From the NCBI GenBank assembly GCA_964016885.1, contig OZ024742.1:206708001-206772000 (forward strand): a DNA stretch of 64,000 bases. Reading direction: 5' to 3'. Source of the stretch: Eledone cirrhosa (Eukaryota). This document shows, piece by piece, positions 12,040 through 23,237 of the stretch (positions within the stretch are counted from its first letter, which is position 1; every line of letters begins with the position of its first letter). The position numbers and the translations under genes are program-made. The notes below the pieces were generated by a model. It did not search any database. It saw only the letters and a list, made by a program, of their open reading frames with translations, and was not told the origin of the DNA.

Positions 12040-13212
12040 TAATATAAGGGTGTGTATGTGTGTGTATACAGAGCAGTGAAGGGAAAAGTGGAGTGAGCAT
12101 ATATAGTTGGCATGTATTAGTTATAAGAGAAGCTGCTAATGATCAAGAGAAAGCGATAGGAATCTAGGGGTGTGATAATGGACGGGGTATTAGAGAAATT
12201 GGGGAGATAAGTTGAGTCCAAGAGGGGAATAGGACACAAGGCAGTGAATCAGACTTTGTTCAGTCCTGGTGCACAAGGCAAGTGATCCATGATGTAAAAG
12301 ACACCCAGAACTGAAACATGTAGGGAAGAATGACCAGGAGAACAGAAATGACGGGCGACAGGAGTATCCAAACCGAGTCGTATGTCCCTCAAATGTTCGG
12401 CAAAACGGTCCGCCATACGGCGTCCCGTTTGTCCGATATATAAAGACCCGCAAAGAGAACACCGGAGGGTATAGACAACATGGGTGGATGTGCAGGTGAA
12501 GGAGTGGTAACATCACACGGACTGAGCTCTCTGCTATTCGCAACCTTCGGCGTCGCGATGACATTGTCATCAAATCCGCCGACAAAGGTGGCGCTGTGGT
12601 GGTGTGGAGCAGAGACCTCTATAGGACTGAGGCTCTCCGCCAGCTTCACAATACCCTTTTTTACCGCCATTTATCCTCCGACACCACTCCTGGCTACCAA
12701 CAACTCCTGTCCTCCACCATCTATGAGCTCATCTTCTTCTCTCTCCTACCCCCCGCAGCCACCAACTTTATTGTAAGCACCCCTCGCACACCCACAATGT
12801 AGGGTTGGATGGGAGGATGTGATGTCGAGGTAAGGTTGGGCGTCTGTTGGTTTAATGAAGATGGAAGTAGAGAGGGTGTGGTGATAGTGATTAATAGATA
12901 GAGAGATATCTAGAAAGCGACAGAAGAATCGGAGACGGAGGTGGTGAAATTGAGAGCAGGATGGAAAGATTGGACAAAAGAAAGAAAATAGTCGAGCTGT
13001 TCTCGTGATAGACAAGTGGCGCAGGTACAGTTGTCTATATAACGACCGTATAGCTCAGGAGTCGGTCCAGCGTACTGGGAGAAGATCTGGGCTTCGACGT
13101 AGCCAACAAACAAGTTGGCATAGTTTAAACCCATTCTGGTTCCCAACACTACCCCACAGACCTGCTGATAAAATTCACCCGAAAAAGAAAATCCATTGAG
13201 GGGGAGAACAAC
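11630..13212 (-). mobile_element. Penelope-like element (Neptune-type), rearranged: RT fragment, GIY-YIG endonuclease, pLTR
   Basis: RT: FYQQVCGVVLGTRMGLNYANLFVG..RYIDN..VAFLDI..KPTD; EN: FTCTSTHVVYTLRCSLCGSLYIGQTGRRMADRFAEH..PVARHF (12505-12340); inverted IKSADKGGAVVVW piece on plus strand at 12515-12797. Confidence 0.9.
11720..11755 (-). ncRNA. Minimal hammerhead ribozyme in PLE pLTR
   Basis: Minus strand: tctt CTGATGA c agac tagc gtcc GAAA cg TT aaga; palindromic AACGTT in domain III. Confidence 0.75.
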
Positions 13213-13289
13213 CATATATATATATATATACATCTGTTTGTGTTTATACATATTTCTATATCTGTGCGTTTGTGAGTGTATATATATAT

Positions 13290-14231
13290 ATATGTATATA
13301 AGTATGTATACAGACGTACAGTAGTATGTATATATATACATACATGCACACATATATATGTACGTATGGATTTACCGAACATTTATTACTGACAAAGGAA
13401 AGATGTACTAGTTTCAAGCTTATTAGCTATCGTCAGCACCGTATACCTTCCTGCCAGATGATTGAACGTCTGAACGTATATACATTCCTTATGCATATTA
13501 ACGGCTGAGCAGCCTAATTTGCATATCGAGTGAGTTAATCGGCCGGGCGCACCGAAAACGATAAACGGAAAAAATGAAACGAAGTTTCATTTCTCACTCT
13601 TAGTACGGCTGTTACTTAAATATAAGTATGTATACGTACATACATATATGTATACAGACGTACAGTAGTATGTATATGCACATATATATATATATATATA
13701 TATATGTACGTATGGATTTACCGAACATTTATCATAATGCTCGGTGTGTTTGTAAACAAACATCCCGAATTAAACCGTACAGTGTTTAGCAACCATCGTT
13801 GCCCTTTTGTTCAACACTGACAAAGGAACGATGTACTAGCTTAAATGATTTACGGCTTAATTCGGGATGTTTGTTTACAAACACACCGAGCATTATAATA
13901 AATGTTCGGTAAATCCATACGTACATATACATATATGTGTGTGCATGTATGTATATATATTAATACTACTGTACGTCTGTATACATATATGTATGTACGT
14001 GTACATACTTATATTTAACTAACAGCCGTACTAAGAGTGAGAAATGAAACTTCGTTTCATTTTTTCCGTTTATCGTTTTCGGTGCGCCCGGCCGATTAAC
14101 TCACTCGATATGCAAATTAGGCTGCTCAGCCGTTAATATGCATAAGGAAAGTATATACTTTCAGACGTTCAATCATCTGGCAGGAAGGTATACGGTGCTG
14201 ACGATAGCTAATAAGCTTGAAACTAGTACAT
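13290..14231. mobile_element. HHR-bearing ~428 bp non-coding tandem unit (retrozyme-like family A), head-to-head array
   Basis: About 1.3 units on minus (13839 to 13290) and 0.9 unit on plus (13852-14231); ~380 bp inverted arms; same unit at 35771-36560 and 39280-39520. Confidence 0.8.
13401..13442 (-). ncRNA. Hammerhead ribozyme, family A
   Basis: Minus strand: acggtg CTGACGA tAGCT aata AGCTt GAAA ctag TA catct. Confidence 0.8.
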
Positions 14232-14232
14232 T
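14192..14232 (+). ncRNA. Hammerhead ribozyme, family A
   Basis: acggtg CTGACGA tAGCT aata AGCTt GAAA ctag TA catt; GUA cleavage triplet ends at 14228. Confidence 0.8.
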
Positions 14233-14696
14233 GTACTTTAACCTTTTTTTTAGGTTGAACTACAATCATACAATTTAACAAACATTACTTTATGCCACAA
14301 CAAATAAACATACTTTTCATCTCACGAACATTCTTCTTGTTGACGTTGTATCCAAGTTACTCATTTGTCGATATGACTAACACATCATTCTACCAAACTG
14401 ATTACTCGTGGCGTTATAACAATTACATTATTTCCTCTAACAACTTTGTTACTACATTAAAACACCCTTCTCATCTGCTAAAAGTGGATATCTTATTGGA
14501 ACTCCCCGTTCCAGAGAGGTTAATCACCCCTGAAGACGCAACTCTCGCCACTTATGTAATGTTTACTAACATTAGTTCCATTTGGACTGTCACTAGCACA
14601 TGGAGTGGCACAAACTAATGCATTGGTTTGGGGCTAGAAAATCAAATATTGTACCTGCACGAAATCGTTTTTCTCACTAATTAAGATACACGATAC

Positions 14697-14848
14697 ATAG
14701 ATACTTCTAAATGTCTTGGACTGTCGATGCATACAAGAATTAAATAATTCCTATTTTTGTTTATAGCACTTTTTTGATTGGTAACAAAAAGAAAGAATTA
14801 TTTAATTCTTGTATGCATCGACAGTCCAAGACTTTTAAAAGTATCTAT
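14697..14848. repeat. Inverted repeat, ~54 bp arms
   Basis: GTCTTGGACTGTCGATGCATACAAGAATTAAATAATTC and its reverse complement about 45 bp downstream. Confidence 0.85.
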
Positions 14849-15053
14849 AATCTATAGAAAATATTGTATATAGCCTCTATATCTTACCCAATTACATTTT
14901 ATGTCTTTGCCGTGTTTTGTGAGTTTTTTTTAATGATATTTTTGAATATAATTTTGATGTTTGTTGAACTTTTTTCTAATAGACTCTATAGGCATTGTAA
15001 ATCCATACATACAAATACGTAATATCATGAAATTTATGCATAGGTATAAGTAA

Positions 15054-15240
15054 TTGTTTCTACTTTCGGCACAAGGCCAGCAATTACCCAGTACATTACT
15101 GGTACTTTATTTTATCGATCCCGTAAGGATGAAAAGCAAAGTTAACCTCGGCGGGATTTGAACTCAGACCGTAAAGGGACGTATCTATGCTGGAAAGCAT
15201 GGCGTCCGACTCTCTACCGATACTGCCAATCCACCGCCCT
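15054..15240 (-). mobile_element. SINE family 1, full-length with TSD
   Basis: Includes GGGCGGTGGATTGGC head; ATGCATAG(G/A)TATAAGTAAT on both flanks. Confidence 0.85.
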
Positions 15241-15703
15241 ATGCATAGATATAAGTAATGCTATCAAAATATATACATAACATTTTTATCTTAGAACATA
15301 TGTAATATATGATACTCTAAAATCATATATAAAATAATGTTTCCATATACTACAATTATAATATAATTTGAAAGTAAATTTTAGACTAAACGATAAATAT
15401 AACTTAACTCTGTAAACTAAGAAAAATTAGAGTTATCTTTTTCTTTGAAAAGAAACATGTTCACACCTAATATCTATGTAACAGTTAACCTTTACATAGA
15501 TATTAAAATTTCGTAAATTTATTTCTATCACGATACAACTATTGAATATACAAAATAATATATATCTTCTATACTAAAATAGAACTACTTCCATATTCTT
15601 AAGCCATATATTGAAAATGTAAACATATCTTCAGCCAACATATCATAACTCTTCTTATATATAAATAAATAACACATATACTAACCAAAACAATTTATAT
15701 ATA

Positions 15704-16188
15704 TGTAGCGACGTGGTTAGTGGTCTGGTCACTACTTATTATCGGATCCGAGAATAGCCCTTAAAAGGACTGTTATCGCATACGGTCTGATTGGATCTGA
15801 GGATAGCCCTTAAAAGGACTGTTGTCACATACGGTAAGGATGAACAAACGAAAACACAAGTTGAAAGGACGAGCAAGGCGAGAGATGTAGTTTCGGTCAG
15901 CTATTTATTTTCATACATGAAGCGACGATACAGAGGTACAAGGCGTGTGTGAGTGACAAGTGTGGCAGAGGAGAGGAACAACGATACGCGAGCTGACTCT
16001 ACCAAAGTCGACTGGCGAAAGTGTTTGGAATCACTCTAGTTATACAAAAATAATCGTTTGATGTTTAGCCGCTGCGTAGGCGTTTTATTTTGGTGGCTTT
16101 AAGGGTTGTTTGTTTCACGGTGAGGTAGCTAGCTAAGCAGATAGATAGAGCTGTTTATTTCACAGATGTTATTTCCGGTGGCTGTACA
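15704..16188 (-). repeat. 3' LTR (485 bp) with internal 49 bp tandem duplication
   Basis: TGTAGCGAC...GGCTGTACA; roughly 14 substitutions and one indel versus the other LTR (by eye). Confidence 0.95.
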
Positions 16189-17108
16189 TTAGCCCCGTGC
16201 CAGATCTTTTGTACAACAAAAGAGCGAAATATCGTATAGTAATGAGCCAGTGGTGCATTTGTCATGACAAAATGCCCAAGGAGTGTCCAGCACGTTGTGA
16301 AGTTTGGTGATCATCGAGTATAGGACAGTCGATGTAGAGATGATATGGCAAGATGTGTGTGTCAGGAAGAGAAAAAAATAAATAAAATAAAATAAACTAT
16401 AAAATTACTTTGACCAGGTTTATGGAGGCGTGATGAATGAGCCTGTTGCAATTTGGGTTGAGCTGCCTGTGAATTGCGTGACAAAAAGTCTAACATGGCA
16501 GTGAAAATAACCGTAATGTGTGAACTGAATGGCCGTAAGCATGTTGCTTAAAAGTAACAGTTTGCTCCAAAGCATATGACTTGAGCGAATGCATGTGGTA
16601 AAACAATAGCGAGGCATTCTCGAGCTATTGAGTGAATGTGTACGTGAAAAAAGAAGGTCAGTGTTTTGATGATGCGATTTGTGAAATGCGTGATCAAAGA
16701 GAAAACATTTTGTAGTGTAAGAGTTAGAGGGACAAAAATATCTATTGCTCAGTGTATGAACCAAATGTGAAACAAACGTGGTTGTGTAGTGTGCATGAAA
16801 AATAGAATATGTACACGCCTTGTATGTATATAAAAATTATGGCAATTACACAATTAATATTGCAGAACAAGAAAAATAAAAATGTTTTCAAAACAAGAGA
16901 GAGAAGAAAAAGATGCTATACACAATGTTTGTTCTTAAATAGTGTTTGTAATAGATAATGTTCATAATAAATAATATTCTTCGTGACATGAGCACATGGT
17001 CACTAAAAATTGCAATTGTCAAGCAGAAAGTATTTGAAACTGGAAATAGTAAACACAAGGAAAATGGGAATATTTTGCAAGAAGAATGATTAAGAAACTC
17101 ACTTGAGG

Positions 17109-20100
17109 TTAACGGTAATTCACATATTGTGCCAACTTGGCGGGCCAATGGACACGTCGTCCACTTCTCGTGACTGGAGATGAAACAGGTGGCTTGCTGG
17201 GACAGCAATCTGTTGGAGTTTCTGGTGTAGAGACTGTAAAAGTATCCATGATGGCTTTTTTTAATCTGTCCACGCTGACATAATTCTGTTTAACATCTAG
17301 ATCGAGAATAAAATATTTCGGATATTTTTTTAGAACACGATAAGGGCCAGAATATGGAGGTCGAAGATGAGCTGAAATGGTGTCGTTTCGAACGAAAACG
17401 CGTGTCCAATCTTTAATGTCTGAAGGTACATGTGTGGCCGTGTTCTGTTGACGGGTGCTTGCAGGAGCAAGGTGAGACATATATTGTCGAAGACGGTGTA
17501 CGTATGATCCTGGGTCTGGAACGCCCTGAGGAGAGATAGGAGCAACCATCTGACCAGGTAGAACCAGGGTGGTGCCGTACACTAATTCAGCATGTGTGTG
17601 TCCGAATTCCTCCATAACGGTGGATAGAATGCCCAGAAGGATGAGTGGCGGGTATTCAAACCAGTGGGTCTTCTCTGGATATGCTTTTATTGAAGCTTTC
17701 AATTGGCGATGGAACCTTTCCACGAGACCATTAGCTTGCGGGTGATAAGCTGTCGTGCGGATGTGTTTACATCCTAACAGGCGAGTCACTTCCCTGAAGA
17801 GGTGGGAGTCAAACTGGCGTCCTCTGTCCGTTGTTATCTTCGCTGGAGCGGCATAACGTGATACCCAGTGTAAAACCAAAGTTTTAGCGACTGTTTCCGC
17901 TGAGGTATCAATTATGGGAAAAGCCTCAGGCCAACGAGAAAATCGATCGATGCAGGTGAGCAAGTGTGTGTAGTTCTGTGATGGTGGTAGAGGTCCGACG
18001 ATGTCGATATGCACATGATGAAAACGTGCATCAGGTTGCGCGAATGTGCCGAGTGGGGTTTTGATGTGTCTGTGGACTTTGGCTTTCTGGCAGGCAATGC
18101 AGCTCCTGGACCAGTCGCGCACGTCCTTGTTAATGTTAGTCCACACAAAACGAGCAGAGATGAGTTTCTGTGTAGCCCGGATTCCCGGGTGAGACAAGCA
18201 GTGTAAAGCAGAAAAAAACTTGACGATGCATCTGTGGTACGTACGATCGTTCATGGCCGGTAGAAAGGTCGCACCAAATTTGTCCCAGAGAAGAAGGAAT
18301 GGGAACTTGCTGAAACTTGAGGGATGGCGAATCTCGGAGCTTGATAAACTCTTCGTCAGTCTCTTGGTCAGCTGCGATCTGTTGAAGGTCGATGCCCGAA
18401 TGTACATGAATTGCGTTCATCTGGATTCGGGACAGGGCGTCGGCTGCTACGATGTCTGATCCCTTGATATGCCGAATATCAGTTGAATATTGGGAGACAA
18501 AATCCAGGTCCCGGAGTTCTCTTGGAGAATGTCGATCAGGTTTGGTACGGAACGCATAAACTAGTGGTTTATGGTCCGTGTAGATCGCGAAATCCGATCC
18601 TTCGAGCATGTGACGAAAATGTTTAACCTAAAGGTAGGTTGCCAAGAGTTCGTGGCCAAACGTACTGTATTTGGTTTCTGCAGGTTGCAACCGCTTAGAA
18701 AAGAAGGATAATGGTTGCCAAACGCCGTCGACATATTGTTGTAAAACGCCTCCAACCCCCGTGTCTGATGCGTCAACTAGCAGCGAAAGAGGATCGCCAG
18801 ATCTGGGGAAAACGAACATTGAAGCGTTTGCCAACATTTCCTTCAGGCGGTTAAAAGATGTTAATTCTTCCTCGTTCAGAGTGATGTCTTTGTTTTTGCG
18901 AATCCGGTTGCGAAGAAGTTCCGTGAGAAGTCTGGCTACGCCGGCACAATATGGGATGAAACGCCTATAAAAATTCACCAAACCGAGGAATTCACTTAGT
19001 TTCCAAAGTGATGTAAGTGCGGGAAAATTGCGGATAGCTTCTACTTTCTCAGGAAGTGGATGAATGCCGTCTTTATCAATGATGTGCCCGAGAAAGGACA
19101 GTGAAGGAACGCCGAGAAGGCACTTGTTGGGGTTGATGATAATACCGTACTCGGCCAAACGTTGGAAAAGAAGTTCTAAGTGCTTCTCGTGTTATTGCTC
19201 GGAAGTACTTGCTACTAGCACGTCGTCGATATACGCGTATACAAAGGGTAACACGGTGTCAATAAACCGCTGAAAAGTTTGTGCAGCGTTGCGCAGACCG
19301 AACGGCATTCGCAGGAATTCAAATAAACCGAACGGTGTTGTGATTGCGGTCTTCGGAATATCTGCAGGCTCCATATGTATCTGGTTATATGCTCGTACCA
19401 AATCTATCTTGGAAAAGATGCGTGCGCCTTGCAGAGAGGCAGAAAAGTCGTGCAAGTGAGGTACAGGGTAATTATCGGGAACTGTAGAATTGTTGAATGC
19501 ACGATAATCCCCAAATGGTCGCCAATCATTCTCGTTTTTTTTAGGAACAAGGTGTAGGGGTGCAGACCAGTTGCTGGAGGAAGGGCGAATGATTCCGAGG
19601 TTCAGCATGTATTGAAACTCCTGTTTGGCGATTCTCAATCGGTCCGGAGGCAGTCTCCTTGGTGGGGTAGCTGTGGGTGGTCCTCTTGTCTCGATATAAT
19701 GTGGGACACTATGTTTAATAAGTCCATCCTTAAATACCGGGCGAGTGATGCCTGGGTATTTCTGGAGAATGCCGTTGTAAAGCGAAGGCTCTGACTGGCA
19801 AATTACAGGGCTCACTGTGGATTGCGTGGTAAATATACCTCTCACAGTGAGGTTTGTGGTGGTGTCAATAAGCCTCCGGTTCTTCATGTCCACCAGAAGG
19901 TTGAAGTGGTGGAGAAAATCGGCTCCTAAGATAGGGATCGGCAGGTCTACCACGACGAACACCCATTGAAAACGACGCCTCAGGCCTAAATTAAGGGTCG
20001 GTGATTTCTCCCCGAAAGTCGGAATTGACGATCGGTTCACTGCCTGCAGAAAGGATGGTGATGGATGTCTTTTTCCCGAGACTAGTGAAACAGGAATAAC

Positions 20101-20448
20101 ACTAACCTGGGCTCCTGTATCCACGAGGTAACGGATGCCTGTCGCTTGGTCGTTGATAAAAAACAGACGAATTTTCTTCTCAGTACCAGGAGTGAACGTC
20201 GTCGCTAGGCCCGTTTCCCTGTGTGCTATTCTGGAAAGAGAACGGGGCCTCTCGCTTAGATGCCTGTGCGCCGAATTCTGCGTGATACCAGCAGAGGTTG
20301 CCAGGCACACAATTTTGACTGGGACTTCTGGATCTCGACGGTGAAAAGGCCTGGATCGACTGTTGCTGCGTCGCCGGTGTGTTTGAAAGGTCAGGTTCTC
20401 TACTTGATTTGAGAGGGCTTTAATTTGACCAGCCCGCTCTCTGATCAT
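17109..20448 (-). pseudogene. pol: Gypsy gag C-terminus and pol (protease, RT, RNase H, integrase) with stop and frameshifts
   Basis: LVDTGAQVS; [24 protein letters not shown]; VDASDTGVG, YTDHKPL; [25 protein letters not shown]. Confidence 0.95.
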
Positions 20449-20523
20449 AGCCCTCTCAAATCTCGGTCTCTGTCGTTGGTTGTGACATGTCCATGTTGGT
20501 ATCTTGTTAGGCTGTTATCTGTG

Positions 20524-20552
20524 TGCGTCTTCGAATCACGTCGGGGTCACCA
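20524..20552 (-). promoter_or_regulatory. Primer binding site, tRNA-Trp
   Basis: Minus strand TGGTGACCCCGACGTGATTCGAA, 2 nt from the 5' LTR, complementary to the metazoan tRNA-Trp 3' end (recalled sequence). Confidence 0.85.
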
Positions 20553-20554
20553 AT

Positions 20555-21048
20555 TGTAGCGACGTGGTTAGTCGGTCTGGTCACTACTTCTGATCGGATC
20601 CGAGAATAGCCCTTAAAAGGACTGTTATCGCATACGGTCTGATTGGATCTGAGGATAGCCCTTAAAAGGATTGTTGTCACATACGGTAAGGATGAACAGA
20701 CGAAAGCACAAGTTGAAAGGACGAGCAAGTCGAGAGATGTAGTTTCGGTCAGCTATTTATTTTCATGCATGAAGCGATGATACAGAGGTGCAAGGCGTGT
20801 GTGAGTGACAAGCGTGGCAGAGGAGAGGAACAACGATACGCGAGCTGACTCTGCCAAAGTCGACTGGCGAAAGTGTTTGGAATCACTCTGTTACTCTATT
20901 TATACTAAAATAATCGTTTGATGTTTAGCCGCTGCGTAGGCGTTTTATTTTGGTGGCTTTAAGGGTTGTTTGTTTCACGGTGAGGTAGCTAGCTAAGCAG
21001 ATAGATAGAGCTGTTTATTTCACAGATGTTATTTCGGGTGGCTGTACA
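20555..21048 (-). repeat. 5' LTR (494 bp)
   Basis: Direct repeat of 15704-16188; adjacent to the PBS. Confidence 0.95.
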
Positions 21049-21498
21049 TATATATAACTAACCTGTTATAATATAATAAAATATACTTATAACTTCAATC
21101 TTCATAATATTAAAACACACCAATAGAATAGACCCAATCGTATATAGGATATCTCTCACATTTTAAATAACATTTTAAATAACACAAATATGTTCAATGA
21201 CAATTATATACGTATGTTCCTATAAAAGTCTGTTAATAACTTTAATGTATTTTTTCTTAAAATCTGTCCTTAAATTTTCTTCCACCCCAATAACTCTATT
21301 TCCCTTTTCTTATAAAAAAATAATCATAATAATTATTTGAATTACCTAGCGTCTAAACATAACGATCTTTTTCAATTTTAACGTTATCCACATTAGCATA
21401 TTTATCTTGCCATTTGAAATGTTTGTTCACTATTCAAATAGAACTCACAACATTAAGTTCTAGTTTGAATATGTTGCTATCTGTAAACCAACTTTTGT

Positions 21499-21557
21499 AT
21501 TTTATCTGATGAAGGCGTACCAAAATGTTGGTACCCATGAAATATATATAATAAAAT
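21499..21557 (+). ncRNA. Type I hammerhead ribozyme at the end of an AT-rich decayed element
   Basis: ATTTTAT CTGATGA aggcGTACCAA aatg TTGGTACccat GAAA tatata TA ATAAAAT; 7 bp stem I, base of stem II imperfect. Confidence 0.75.
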
Positions 21558-21692
21558 AAATATGGTTTTATAAAGATAGTTTCCATTTAATAATATTATT
21601 GATATTATACTCCAGAATTATACTGTTGAGTGCTTCTAGTCTGTTATTAACTAAATTTGTTGAATAATCAACAAATTAAATAACTCATTGCT

Positions 21693-21746
<54 letters not shown>

Positions 21747-21772
21747 ATTAAATATATACAATTTTAAATATA

Positions 21773-21820
<48 letters not shown>

Positions 21821-21961
21821 CGATTCTTTGCTTAAACTTTAATCTGTTATTTTAATAAATATATATATATATATATACGTATATCTAAGAAGACTCACTA
21901 TTTAGCCTTAATAAAATGAATATATATATATATATATATATAAAGTTTTACATATACATAA

Positions 21962-22064
21962 AGTTATAGATATATATGTTGCAACCGGTCACTTTTAAGC
22001 TCTATGAAGAATTAATAAATTAAATAATCAGAGCAATATATAATAATTCTAAAGACATGATTTA

Positions 22065-22128
<64 letters not shown>

Positions 22129-22231
22129 TAAATCATGTCTTTAGAATTATTATATATTGCTCTGATTATTTAATTTATTAATTCTTCATAGAGCTTAAAA
22201 GTGACCGGTTGCAACATATATATCTATAACT
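21962..22231. repeat. 270 bp palindrome centred on (TA)n
   Basis: About 105 bp unique arms are reverse complements flanking a self-complementary (TA)n. Confidence 0.9.
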
Positions 22232-22685
22232 CAAAGGGCAAAGGAGCTCTTAAGAGTCAATGGCCATCCAAAATCACCGGGAGAGATGACCCCTTAGCCT
22301 TTGTCAAGGCAGAATTCTAGGAGAAGGAAAACTCTGATATAACACCTGCAACCTTGATGGTATCCAATGATGTTGACTTGTTCTTCTTTTTGGTAAATAT
22401 CATCTTGGTTAAGAGAGTGGGACTGGCTTTGTGCAGTGCCTTTGCTCACTATAAAAGCTTCACGGCACAGGCATTGCTTTATATCTGGAGATCTCTCTGC
22501 ACTTGTCCTCACATGGTACCATGGGCCCAGCACTATGTGTCAATAATTGTCACAAGTGTAGTGTTTGTACCAGAGTTTTCAAGTCGCTGGCTGGACTAAA
22601 AAGTCACACTCATGCAGCGCTTCGGTAGGGGTTCTCCTACATGGATATAAAGTAGTGGCCGTACTCGAAAACGAGTTGGCAGCCA

Positions 22686-22688
<3 letters not shown>
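22126..22688 (-). mobile_element. Probable PLE 3' fragment (decayed GIY-YIG)
   Basis: YIHVGE..LPKR and DIKQCLCREAFIV..SLNQDD resemble GIY-YIG motifs; bounded by (TA)n. Confidence 0.45.
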
Positions 22689-22726
<38 letters not shown>

Positions 22727-22729
22727 TAT

Positions 22730-22984
22730 ATCTAGAGTACCACAGATGAGACTGAGGTTAGCTGGACATGCTCACTGACATCCAGAGTAGACACTGCACT
22801 CAGTGCTCCTGTGGAAGCCCCTGCATGGACACACTGGAAGAGGAAGACTGAGGTTAACATATGTTGATGCCCTCATGACAGACACTGGTCTCTTGGAGAC
22901 GCAGGACATGGCAGCGATAATGAGGGATAGAGACCGCTGGAGAGAACTCGTCCATGGATCTCAGGAATTTTACTCGCCCTAGAC
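22730..22984 (+). mobile_element. RTE-like LINE family 2, 3' end
   Basis: Matches 45190-45378 (VLLWEPLHGH..GRPRLTYVD). Confidence 0.7.
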
Positions 22985-23005
22985 ATATATATGTACGTAC
23001 ACACG

Positions 23006-23043
<38 letters not shown>

Positions 23044-23184
23044 GTTCGATGGAGTATAACTCTTTTTTACTATTAGTTCACTAACTTGAGCACTCTATAC
23101 ATAAGTGGGTCTGTTTATGTATAGTATGTGGGGTTGTACCTTTGGTGTTATACTATGTTTGGTTTCTTTCATAGGCAGAGTGTA

Positions 23185-23234
<50 letters not shown>

Positions 23235-23237
23235 GTA

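Larger units (their letters stand above)
15704..21048 (-). mobile_element. Gypsy/Ty3 LTR retrotransposon with both LTRs, gag largely deleted, pol disrupted
   Basis: TG..CA direct repeats at 15704-16188 and 20555-21048; TATA target duplication; PBS; PR-RT-RH-IN domain order. Confidence 0.95.

Noticed and set aside
14530-14670. CTGAAGA..GAAA as a long-stem HHR, and the 108 aa ORF at 14292
   Set aside because: No convincing stems; ORF has no recognisable motif
15741-15838. 49 bp direct repeats as a CRISPR-like array
   Set aside because: Only two adjacent copies, no spacers, inside an LTR of a eukaryote
16420-16764. Possible env or extra ORF between pol and the 3' LTR
   Set aside because: Short, non-ATG start, no signal peptide, TM or motif
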